From contig DATDOV010000007.1 of assembly GCA_035293105.1 (NCBI GenBank), forward strand, positions 5,121-69,120: a stretch of 64,000 nt of DNA, read 5' to 3'. Shown here in pieces: positions 7,545 through 16,384 of this stretch. The translations under genes were made by a program, and so were the position numbers. Each line of letters begins with the position of its first letter. Position 1 is the first letter of the stretch. The notes beneath the pieces are model-generated. The model was not told the origin of the DNA, made no database searches, and saw only the letters and a list, made by a program, of their open reading frames with translations. The DNA comes from Blastocatellia bacterium (lineage in GTDB: Bacteria; Acidobacteriota; Blastocatellia; UBA7656).

Positions 7545-10500
7545 GGCGAGATCGTTATCCTCAAATCCGCGGACGTGACGGAGGTGGGAGTTGCATCAGT
7601 CGCCGTCACCCTGAACGTAAAATTCCCCCGCTGCGTCGGTGACCCGGAAATCACTCCTGTAGTCGCGTTGAGGGTCAAGCCCGGCGGCAACGACACTCCG
7701 GAGGCCAGGGCCCAGGTCGCGGGAGGTCTTCCTCCTGAAGAGACGAGTTGATGGGTGTAGGCAACGCCGACGCGGCCGCCTGTGAGGTCGCCGGCGCTCA
7801 CGATCGCAAGCGGCGCGAAATCGACCACGATCCGCAGAGTTGCCGAAGTGACGCTGACCGGCTGTGAGTCCGTCAGTTGGACCGTGAAGGTGAATGTCCC
7901 ATCCGTCGTCGGCCGCCCGGCTATCACTCCCGTGGTCGCATTCAGCGACAATCCGGCTGGAAGCGCGCCCGACGCCAGCTCCCACGTGTAAGGCGAGGCG
8001 CCGCCAGCCTTCAGGAGCTGATACGAGTAGGCAACGTTCACTCTTCCCGAGGGCAGGTTGCCGCTGCTGCCGATCGACAGCGGTCCCGGACCGACCACTA
8101 TTCTCAGCGTGTCCGACGTGGCGGTTGAGGGCGTCGCGTCGGTCAGCCTCACTGTGAAGTTGAATGCACCGACTTGCGTGGGCGTTCCCGAGATCACTCC
8201 CGTCGCGGCCCCGAGTGAGAGTCCCGCCGGAAGCGACCCGCTGTTGATCGCCCACGTACGCGGGGCCCTTCCACCAATGAACAAGAGCTGGTACGAATAG
8301 GCGACTCCGGTGCTGCCCGGGGCGAGGTCACCGCGGCTTACGATTGCGAGGGGATCGACATCGGGGAGGATCAGCAGCGTCAGGCTCGTGAGGGCGATCG
8401 CTCCCGTCGAATCAGTAGCCCGCACGGTGAAGGAGAACGTGCCGAAAACCGACGGCGTGCCGGAAATGACTCCGGCCAAGTTGAGAGAGAGGCCTTGCGG
8501 GAGCGAGCCTGACGCGAGCGACCACGAGTAGGGCGCCCGGCCATTGCTGGCGCTAAGCTGCACACTATAGGGTTCGCCCTTCTTCCCTCGAGTCAGTTCT
8601 CTAGTGTTGATGACGAGAAGCTGATTCTGCACCTGGAAGGGGCGTGTCGGCAGCACGGTCATATTGCCCGACGCATCGAACAGCCGAATGCCGAGCCGGT
8701 GCGCGCCGTTGATAAACTTCGTCGTGTCGAATGAGAAAGCGAAGCCGGAGTTGCCGGCGTTCGGGTAGCTCGCCCATGTCGCGGCGAGGTCGGGGCGCGC
8801 CAACCCGTAGACCCCTTGAGCCACGGTCACCCCGTCGACCTGAACCTCAACGGCAGTGACGCCGACGTTGTCGAGAGCCCATCCCGTTCCAGTCCCGATG
8901 GTGTTGAGCGTCACGTTATAGTCGGGTGTCTCGAGGCTGCCGAAAGGCGAGAGCTTATCGGCAGGCGTAACGATGATGGCAAGGGTCCGGCTCACGGACT
9001 GTGTCGCGGCATCCGTCACTCGCACCGCAAACACGTAAGTCCCCGCCGCCGGCGGCGTTCCGGAGATCACCCCGTTGGCTGAGAGATTCAACCCGGCGCC
9101 AAGGCTACCGCTCGCGAGGCTCCATGCATAAGGCGGGACGCCTCCCGACGCGCCGAGGGTCTGTGTGTATTGACGCTCCGCCGGCGTGTTGGGCAGCGAC
9201 ACCGTCGTAATCGCAAGCGGAGGCGGCGGCGGCACCACGACTATGATCAGCGTCTTCAAGCTGGATGTTCCGAGAGTGTCTCTGACGCGAACTGAGAAGG
9301 TCACGGCCCCGAGCGTCGTGGCGCGACCCGTGATGGCGCCGGCAGGACTCATGGAAAGACCATCCGGAAGCGTGCCTCCTTCCAGCGCCCACGTATAGGG
9401 TGCGACTCCTCCCGCCGCGTCTAGCGACGTGCTGTAAGGCAGACCCTGAAGCGCGTTCGGCAATGCCGCGCTTCGAATGTCGAGCGGCGGCGGCGGCGGT
9501 CCTACCTCGATGGTGAAAGGCTTCGAGGCCAGCTTCCCGATTGCATCGGTCACGCGAATCGTAGAATTGAAGATGCCCTGAGTCGTCGGTGTACCCGAGA
9601 GGACGCCGTCCGCCGCGAGCGCAATGCCGTCCGGCAAGATCCCGCCCACCTTCTTCTTTTTCTTCTTATTCCAAGTATACGGCTCGGTGCCTGCCGATGC
9701 TCTCAGCTCGACTCTGTATGGCACGCCGACGGCGGCCAGCGGCAGCGCCGATTGATTCACGATAGTGAGTTCCGGCGCGGGGTCGACGTCAATGGACAGC
9801 TCGCCGGAAGCCGACTGACCGCTCTGATCGTCCACCTGGACCTCGAATGCCGCCTCGCCGACTGCGAGCGGCGTTCCCGATATCACGCCGGACTCCGATA
9901 GCGCAAAGCCAGTCGGAAGCGCGCCGGTTTTCAGCGACCAGCGATACGGAGCATTGCCTCCCGTTGCTCTCAACGTCTGCGAATACGACTGCCCCAGAAC
10001 AGCGTCAGGAAGCGACGCGGTCTCCAGCGCGAGTTGCTGGCTCGCCGGATTAACCGCTATTGAAAAGCTGGCCGTCACGCTTTCATTGATGCTATCGGTT
10101 AGCTTCACGACGAAGCTGTACGAGCCTGCTCGTTCGGGAGTACCGGAAATGGCGCCGGCTGTTTGGTTCAGCGCCAGGCCTTCCGGGAGACTTCCCGATT
10201 GGATAGTCCAGTTGTAAGGCGTCTGCCCGCCGCTCCCGCCGAGGTTCTGGCTGTAGGTCGTCCCAACCGAGCCTCGCGGCAAGGCAGCGATGGTAATCGC
10301 AAGCGGCGCCGTCGGCTTGATCGTCATCGACAGCGCCTTGGTCGCAATGTTGCCATCGGCGTCCGTCACGCGCACGACAAAGTTATAAGTTCCGGCCGTA
10401 GTCGGCGTACCGGACATCTCGCCGGTCTGCGTGAGACCCAATCCGGGCGGGAGAACGCCGCTTTCGGCCAGCCACGCGTATTCCGGTCTTCCTCCGAGAG

Positions 10501-12178
10501 AGGTGAGGATGTGACTGAAGCGTACGCCGACGGTCGCATCGGGCATGCTTGCAGTCGTGACCGTCAGCACGGGCGGCGTCGCAGGCGTAATCACGGAAGC
10601 CTCCGCAGAGTACGATGGCGACGTGCCGGAACGATTGAACGCCATCACGCGGTAGGCATACGCGGTGTTGGGCAGGGCTGTCGTGTCCGAATAACGGGGT
10701 GAGTCGGCCGCGCCGACGACGCCGATGTGACTGAACTCGGCGCTCGATCCTCCGCGCCGTTCGATGTTGAAGCCTTCGGCGGCGCCGGAACTGCCCCTCG
10801 ACGGATCCCGCCAGATGAGGCTCACCTGCGTGGGCGATGCTGCGGTCGCGACGAGGTCCAGCGGAGTTGCCGGCGCGGGCGGCGCGATGACGCCGGTCCA
10901 ACCGATCTGCGCCACCGTGAACGGGCACAGGGCCAACTCGTTTATGCGCATTATGCAGGCGGTCGAGTTGATGTTGCAGCTCGCGTCCTCACAGTTGCCG
11001 TTGACCGCCGCCGGTCTTACCTCGGGCGCGCATGTGCAACTACAAGTTTGATACCCCGGCTGCGAGTACTCATCACACGCGAAGAAGATGTGGCCGGCCT
11101 CGTGAGCTACGACGCGGCTAAGCGGCCAGGTGAAGGTGCGGAAAAGGACGTTCGTGTGCGGGCCCCCAAGGTACGCCCACGATGCGCGGCCATCCACGAA
11201 GGCAGTTCGCGACCCCGGCGGGTTATAAGCAATGAAGATCGAGAATGCCCAATCGCCGCGGTTCCGATCCCTCGTGACAAGGTTATAGCTTGCTACGTTG
11301 ACGAACGTGTCGGGTCCGGCAGCGCCGAGACTGTTCATTATCGACTGAATCCAAAGATTGGCGTCGCGTCCCTCGTGTAGCAGAGGCTCGTAGGGAGTCT
11401 GGCACGCGGGATTATTCGGCAGCATCGGCAAGACGGTGAACCGAAGCGGTCGCGCGAGGCCGAAAGCCTTCGACTGCTCGACCCACCAGTTTAGTCCCTC
11501 GATGACGTCCGAGATCGCGGTCGTCTGATCGGCCTGGCTCCAGTCGTACAGGTTCGGATCGATGCCCCCTGCGCTCTCGATCAGAAAAACCGAGACGACC
11601 ACGTTGCCGTCCATCGTGTCGCTGCCGCTGAAGAACTGGGGCTGCGGTGTTGATTGAAGTCCTCGCAGGGTCTGATCGGCGCCCATAAGCCGGAGGCTCC
11701 GGATGATCTCATCGCGATTCATTTCGGGGCGGGGCAGTGAGCAGTCCACGAGCGGCTTGGGTCCGCCCTCCCCGCGCCGGCGCGACCGCCGAGCGCTTTC
11801 GCCTGAAGCGATGTCGTTGAAGGCGCCGATCGCGATCCGGGTCTCACGATCCCTGAATTCGGGCGCGATCGTTCGCACCGGCGAACGGTGAATGGCCCGT
11901 ATGCGATGGCGCCCGGCCACCTTGTCGGCGGTCTCCGTGGACATCCAACCCAGGATCGCATGAGGCGGTAGCACTACTGCGATGCGGCCACCCTGCGACG
12001 CGATGAAGTCGCGAGCTTCGGTAAGCTCGTCATTCGATCGGGCATCCACCAGCACGAGCGTGTAGCGGCTTCCCGACGGAGATGTCGATCTGGGTTGATT
12101 TGCCGGTGTGCTCGCGAGCGCGGCCGATGAGGGGAGCAACGACAGCAATGCGCACGTGAGGAATGTGGGGCGAAGCAT
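7541..12178 (-). CDS. Large secreted zinc metalloprotease-like protein with FN3 and ten putative Ig (He_PIG-like) repeats
   Basis: Signal peptide. 'HEAGHIFFACDEY' zinc motif and 'CIMR' Met-turn-like segment. FN3 'LVATAASPTQVSLIW...YAYRVMAFN'. Ten '...GSLPxGLxL...GxISGTP...FTVRxTD' repeats, with one different domain ('PFGSLETP...GWALD') between repeats 6 and 7. Confidence 0.8.
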   Translation of the reverse strand: MLRPTFLTCALLSLLPSSAALASTPANQPRSTSPSGSRYTLVLVDARSNDELTEARDFIASQGGRIAVVLPPHAILGWMSTETADKVAGRHRIRAIHRSPVRTIAPEFRDRETRIAIGAFNDIASGESARRSRRRGEGGPKPLVDCSLPRPEMNRDEIIRSLRLMGADQTLRGLQSTPQPQFFSGSDTMDGNVVVSVFLIESAGGIDPNLYDWSQADQTTAISDVIEGLNWWVEQSKAFGLARPLRFTVLPMLPNNPACQTPYEPLLHEGRDANLWIQSIMNSLGAAGPDTFVNVASYNLVTRDRNRGDWAFSIFIAYNPPGSRTAFVDGRASWAYLGGPHTNVLFRTFTWPLSRVVAHEAGHIFFACDEYSQPGYQTCSCTCAPEVRPAAVNGNCEDASCNINSTACIMRINELALCPFTVAQIGWTGVIAPPAPATPLDLVATAASPTQVSLIWRDPSRGSSGAAEGFNIERRGGSSAEFSHIGVVGAADSPRYSDTTALPNTAYAYRVMAFNRSGTSPSYSAEASVITPATPPVLTVTTASMPDATVGVRFSHILTSLGGRPEYAWLAESGVLPPGLGLTQTGEMSGTPTTAGTYNFVVRVTDADGNIATKALSMTIKPTAPLAITIAALPRGSVGTTYSQNLGGSGGQTPYNWTIQSGSLPEGLALNQTAGAISGTPERAGSYSFVVKLTDSINESVTASFSIAVNPASQQLALETASLPDAVLGQSYSQTLRATGGNAPYRWSLKTGALPTGFALSESGVISGTPLAVGEAAFEVQVDDQSGQSASGELSIDVDPAPELTIVNQSALPLAAVGVPYRVELRASAGTEPYTWNKKKKKKVGGILPDGIALAADGVLSGTPTTQGIFNSTIRVTDAIGKLASKPFTIEVGPPPPPLDIRSAALPNALQGLPYSTSLDAAGGVAPYTWALEGGTLPDGLSMSPAGAITGRATTLGAVTFSVRVRDTLGTSSLKTLIIVVVPPPPPLAITTVSLPNTPAERQYTQTLGASGGVPPYAWSLASGSLGAGLNLSANGVISGTPPAAGTYVFAVRVTDAATQSVSRTLAIIVTPADKLSPFGSLETPDYNVTLNTIGTGTGWALDNVGVTAVEVQVDGVTVAQGVYGLARPDLAATWASYPNAGNSGFAFSFDTTKFINGAHRLGIRLFDASGNMTVLPTRPFQVQNQLLVINTRELTRGKKGEPYSVQLSASNGRAPYSWSLASGSLPQGLSLNLAGVISGTPSVFGTFSFTVRATDSTGAIALTSLTLLILPDVDPLAIVSRGDLAPGSTGVAYSYQLLFIGGRAPRTWAINSGSLPAGLSLGAATGVISGTPTQVGAFNFTVRLTDATPSTATSDTLRIVVGPGPLSIGSSGNLPSGRVNVAYSYQLLKAGGASPYTWELASGALPAGLSLNATTGVIAGRPTTDGTFTFTVQLTDSQPVSVTSATLRIVVDFAPLAIVSAGDLTGGRVGVAYTHQLVSSGGRPPATWALASGVSLPPGLTLNATTGVISGSPTQRGNFTFRVTATDATPTSVTSADLRITISP

Positions 12179-12583
12179 TCCAGCGAACCTCGTGAGAACT
12201 TGAACCCTGCGGCAGGTCCTTCCGCTTCAGTTGCGGTCTTGCGTCAAAATCTAACGTTCAAGACGCCTTCAGGGTAAATACACCTGAAGGGCGGCTAGCT
12301 AAGGTCACGCTGACTTATGATGGGGAAGCGGGCTCAGGACGACGCTGTCTCGTGTCTTCAAATCCATTCATCAGAACGTCAACCTCTTCACGTGTCGATC
12401 ATCGGTAGAATGCTCCAAGAACGCGCTCGCAACGAACTCCATTTCGATACCACTTGCGCCCGCCAGGCGTTCCACCGAATAGGCGCGCCAGTATATATCA
12501 GCAGTAGAAGTGGTGCAAGCTGAATCGCATTCCGAGTCCGCGAACGACTGACCATAAGTGACGCACGATATAAGTGGGTAACC

Positions 12584-12612
12584 TTGACACCCATCATGTC
12601 GAAGTGTAGAGT
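12584..12612 (+). promoter_or_regulatory. Sigma70-type promoter upstream of rpsA
   Basis: TTGACA (12584-12589), 17-bp spacer, TAGAGT (12607-12612). Confidence 0.65.
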
Positions 12613-12629
12613 TAGCGCTCGCCTCACAC

Positions 12630-12660
12630 GCGTAGAAGGGTACTGCGTAGAAGGGTACTG
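12630..12660 (+). repeat. Perfect 15-bp tandem duplication in the rpsA upstream region
   Basis: GCGTAGAAGGGTACT twice. Confidence 0.8.
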
Positions 12661-12983
12661 ATAGATGGGCGCCAGTGGTCAGAATCCTGCCGCACTCTCT
12701 TGGGGGAAAGAGAGCACCGAAGCCTCAAGGACACGTTAGCCTCGCAGTTGTAGTTGTTGTTTGCTGCTCGGAGCGCGAGGGATCGCCGCCCTTGGTTCGC
12801 AGGGCTTCACGAGCATGACCGTTCGCGCGGAGGTATCTTCGGCAGCAGTTCTCCAATCACGCGCGGTTCGCGAGGCGCTGGGAGGCTTGAAGGATGATAT
12901 TTAATCGCGCATACTATGCGAAAATCTGATTGGAACGATTCATCATTGAAGAATTCGGCACATTGGAGGAGGAGCACCGATTG

Positions 12984-14840
12984 ATGGCGACTGAGAATGT
13001 TAACCAGACCGGCGCGAGCGCAGCGGCCGACAGCGCCGTGGAGAATCCCGCTTCGCTCGATCAGGCCGCCGGCCAAGACGACAAGCCCGAACAAGGTCCA
13101 ACCGCAGACACCGCGGCGAGTGCGTCGGCGCCCGAGACACCCGCCGGCGCTGAAGGAGGCGGCGGCCAGGACTTCGGCGCTATGCTCGATCATTACGAGA
13201 AGGAGAGCGCTGCGGCGACGCAGGAGGGCGAGATCGTTCGCGGCATCGTCGTGGACGTCTCCGAGCAGAACGTTCTGATCGATATCGGCTATAAATCGGA
13301 AGGCGTCGTCCCGCGCGAAGAGTTCCAGGACCGTCACGGAAACGTGACCGTCAAACGCGGCGATGAGGTCGATGTCCTCATCAAGAGCCTCGAGAACCAG
13401 GAGGGCTACGCGATCCTCTCTCGGGCCGACGCAGTGCGCGTCCAGTCCTGGGAACGGCTGCGCCGTGCTCACCAGCACCATGAGAACATCAAAGGCCGCG
13501 TGCTCGACCGGATCAAAGGCGGTCTCCGGGTCGAGATAAGCGGTGTCAGCGCCTTCCTGCCCGGCTCTCAAGTCGACATCCGTCCGGTGCGAAACCTCGA
13601 AGCGTTCATCAACCAGGAGATCGAGGTCCGCGTTATCAAACTCAATCGCAAGCGCGGCAACGTCGTCGTCTCCCGCAAGGCTGTCCTCGAAGAATCCTCC
13701 AACCAGAAAAAGTCTGAAACCCTGAGCGCGATCGAAGAAGGCGTGATAATGGAAGGGACGGTCAAGAACGTGACCGACTACGGCGCGTTCATCGACCTCG
13801 GCGGCATCGACGGGCTTCTGCACATCATCGACATGAGCTGGGGACGCATTCAATCCCCTAACGACGTGCTCAAAGTTGGCGACACGCTTCAGGTAAAGGT
13901 GCTTAAGTTCGACCGCGAGAAGGAGCGCATATCGCTCGGCTACAAGCAACTCGTGCCCGACCCGTGGCAAAGCGTGCCTGAGCGATTCCCGGTCGGCTCG
14001 CGAGTCACCGGCAAGGTCGTCAGCCTGACCGACTACGGCGCGTTCGTCGAGATTGAACCCGGCGTTGAAGGTCTCGTTCACGTCACCGAGATGACGTGGT
14101 CCAAGCGATTGAAACACCCCTCCAAGCTCCTCTCGATCGGCCAGGAAGTTCAAGCGGTCGTTCTCGACGTCGACCGCGACCATCGCCGCATCGGACTGGG
14201 GATCAAGCAGACGAGTCCCGATCCGTGGGACACGCTGCCGGCCCGCTATCACACGGGCTCGCACGTGACCGGAAAAGTTCGTTCGCTCACTGACTTCGGC
14301 GCGTTCGTCGAGATAGAGGACGGGATTGACGGACTGGTTCACGTGTCCGATATTTCGTGGACCCGGCGGATCAAACATCCCTCCGACGTGTTGAAGAAGG
14401 GCCAGCAGGTCGATGCCGTGATCACGAACATCGACGTCGAAGGCAGGCGGCTGAGCCTATCGATCAAGGACCTCGAGCCCAACGCCTGGGACCGCTTCTT
14501 TGAAACACATCGCCTCGGCGACGTGGTTCAAGGCCGCGTGGTGCGCTTCGCGAGCTTCGGCGCCTTCGTTGAAATAGAAGAAGGCATTGAAGGTCTCTGT
14601 CACGTGTCGGAACTCAGCGACGAGCGGGTTGAGAAGCCCGAAAGCGCGGTGAAGATCGGCCAGGTCATGCCCTTCAAGGTGCTCAAGCTCGATCCGGCGC
14701 AAAAGAAGATAGGGCTCTCAGCGCGCGCGATCGGCAAGGAGAGCGATCCCGGTGACGTGCGAACCTACCATGAGACAGGGGCGGGCATGGCGACGCTTGG
14801 CGACATCGCCAATCTGATAAGCAAGAAGCAGGAAGATTGA
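12984..14840 (+). CDS. rpsA: 30S ribosomal protein S1
   Basis: Six S1 repeats ('IDIGYKSEG', 'AFLPGSQVD', 'DYGAFIDLGGIDGLLH', 'GVEGLVH', 'GIDGLVH', 'GIEGLCH'). GGAGG RBS upstream. Confidence 0.97.
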   Translation: MATENVNQTGASAAADSAVENPASLDQAAGQDDKPEQGPTADTAASASAPETPAGAEGGGGQDFGAMLDHYEKESAAATQEGEIVRGIVVDVSEQNVLIDIGYKSEGVVPREEFQDRHGNVTVKRGDEVDVLIKSLENQEGYAILSRADAVRVQSWERLRRAHQHHENIKGRVLDRIKGGLRVEISGVSAFLPGSQVDIRPVRNLEAFINQEIEVRVIKLNRKRGNVVVSRKAVLEESSNQKKSETLSAIEEGVIMEGTVKNVTDYGAFIDLGGIDGLLHIIDMSWGRIQSPNDVLKVGDTLQVKVLKFDREKERISLGYKQLVPDPWQSVPERFPVGSRVTGKVVSLTDYGAFVEIEPGVEGLVHVTEMTWSKRLKHPSKLLSIGQEVQAVVLDVDRDHRRIGLGIKQTSPDPWDTLPARYHTGSHVTGKVRSLTDFGAFVEIEDGIDGLVHVSDISWTRRIKHPSDVLKKGQQVDAVITNIDVEGRRLSLSIKDLEPNAWDRFFETHRLGDVVQGRVVRFASFGAFVEIEEGIEGLCHVSELSDERVEKPESAVKIGQVMPFKVLKLDPAQKKIGLSARAIGKESDPGDVRTYHETGAGMATLGDIANLISKKQED

Positions 14841-14847
14841 TGGAAAA

Positions 14848-14967
14848 GGATTCGGGAATCAGGATGCAGGAATCAGGATGCAGGACCGAAGCCGACTGCA
14901 TCCCGCTTCTGAATCCTGGCTCCTGCATCCTGATTCCTGCCTGAATCCTGCATCCTGTTTCCTGTCC
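14848..14967. repeat. Inverted arrays of heptamer repeats (CAGGAAT/CAGGATG facing ATTCCTG/CATCCTG)
   Basis: Fills almost the whole rpsA-HIT intergenic spacer. Confidence 0.8.
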
Positions 14968-14971
14968 TGAC

Positions 14972-15454
14972 ATGGAACACATCTGGAGTCCCTGGCGCTA
15001 CAAGTACATCGCCTCGGTTGATCGCGAACCAGGCTGCGTATTCTGCGCCGCCGAGGCGGGCCCGGACGACGAATACCTCATTCTCCATCGCGCGACCCTG
15101 AGCTTCATAATCCTCAATCTGTATCCATACACGAGCGGGCACTTGATGATCGTGCCTTATGAACACGTGGCGTCGCTCTCGGCGTTGAAAGAGGCGACCA
15201 CGACCCAGATGATGGAACTCGCCAAACTTTCACAGCGGGCGCTTGAAACTGAGTACAAACCCGACGGGTTCAACATCGGGATAAACCTGGGGCGCTCGGC
15301 GGGCGCCGGAGTTGCAGAGCACGTTCACATGCACGTTGTTCCGCGCTGGACGGGTGACGCGAACTTCGTGTCGGTAGTCGGAGAGACCCGCGTGCTGCCC
15401 GAGGAACTTGCGACTACATATGAAAGGCTGCGAAAGCACTTCTACGCGAGGTGA
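14972..15454 (+). CDS. HIT-family nucleotide hydrolase (Ap4A hydrolase/phosphorylase-like)
   Basis: Histidine triad 'HVHMH', 'CVFC', 'NLYPYTSGHLMIVPY', 'GFNIGINLGRSAGAG'. Confidence 0.92.
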   Translation: MEHIWSPWRYKYIASVDREPGCVFCAAEAGPDDEYLILHRATLSFIILNLYPYTSGHLMIVPYEHVASLSALKEATTTQMMELAKLSQRALETEYKPDGFNIGINLGRSAGAGVAEHVHMHVVPRWTGDANFVSVVGETRVLPEELATTYERLRKHFYAR

Positions 15455-15460
15455 CCGACC

Positions 15461-16384
15461 ATGCCATCGCACGGTTTAATCCCATCATCGCCGCCAAGAG
15501 CTCCGAAGCGGTCCCGATCCGTCGCCGTTAGGGCAGCCCTGTTGTTCTTCGTCTCGTTGGTCGGCACTGTGATCGTCGGCGTGCCCGCCCAGTCTGTCCC
15601 TCCAGCTTCGCCCCGCCCTCCGAAGCCTCTCGTAATCGCGCACCGCGGCGGCGCTATGGAGTCGACCGAAAACACGATCGGTGCATTCCAGCGGGCGACA
15701 AGACTCGGAGCGGATGGGATCGAAACGGATATCCGGCTGACGCGCGATGGGGTTGTCGTGATTTATCACGACGAAAAGTTCGGCCGCGTCGAAGGGCTCG
15801 CGCCGGCTCAACGGACTCGGCTGGTGTCCGATCTGACTTATGCCGAGTTGAGCAGGCAGACGCTGCTTCCAGTAGGCGAAGACACCGGCGGCCGCCGCGT
15901 GCCAACTCTGAATGACCTGCTCGCGAGCGTCAGGTCCGGTTTGCTCAACATCGAGATCAAACGCGGCGCGCGGTTTAATGAACTGGTCAACAAGACGGCC
16001 GAAATCCTCCGCCGGTTCGACGGACTCGATCGCGTCGTGCTGGAGACACCCGATCTCGCAACCGCCCAGAAGCTCCGCAATGCGATAGGCCCTCGTCTCA
16101 AGCTCCACATCAATCCGGACTATGACGGGTCGGCGTCGTTTGATGCTTCGCTGGAGAGGGTCCTCAAATTCAAACCGCATTCGATATCGGTGTCGCAGAA
16201 GAAGGTCTCGTTGGAGTTGATCGACAAAGCTCACAAGGCGGGGGTGGAGGTTTGGACCTGGACCGTCAACTCGCCCGATATCGGCAAGGCGATGGCACTG
16301 ATGGGCGTCGATGCGATCAAGACGGACAGGCCGTCGATGCTGCTCGATTTGCTTAGGGATTCCCGCCAGAGAGGGCGTCAGTGA
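15461..16384 (+). CDS. Glycerophosphodiester phosphodiesterase
   Basis: 'IAHRGG...ENTIGAF', 'IETDIRLTRDG', 'NIEIK', 'WTVN', 'GVDAIKTDRP'. Confidence 0.9.
   Translation: MPSHGLIPSSPPRAPKRSRSVAVRAALLFFVSLVGTVIVGVPAQSVPPASPRPPKPLVIAHRGGAMESTENTIGAFQRATRLGADGIETDIRLTRDGVVVIYHDEKFGRVEGLAPAQRTRLVSDLTYAELSRQTLLPVGEDTGGRRVPTLNDLLASVRSGLLNIEIKRGARFNELVNKTAEILRRFDGLDRVVLETPDLATAQKLRNAIGPRLKLHINPDYDGSASFDASLERVLKFKPHSISVSQKKVSLELIDKAHKAGVEVWTWTVNSPDIGKAMALMGVDAIKTDRPSMLLDLLRDSRQRGRQ

Noticed and set aside
12807-14378. Long antisense ORFs (also 22112-24115, 25120-26607, 5808-6908 and others)
   Set aside because: They mirror well-supported genes on the other strand, as expected from GC-rich codon bias, and have no motifs of their own.
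14848-14967. CRISPR array
   Set aside because: Units are 7-mers without unique spacers; no cas genes or 25-40 bp repeat-spacer series occur anywhere in the window.
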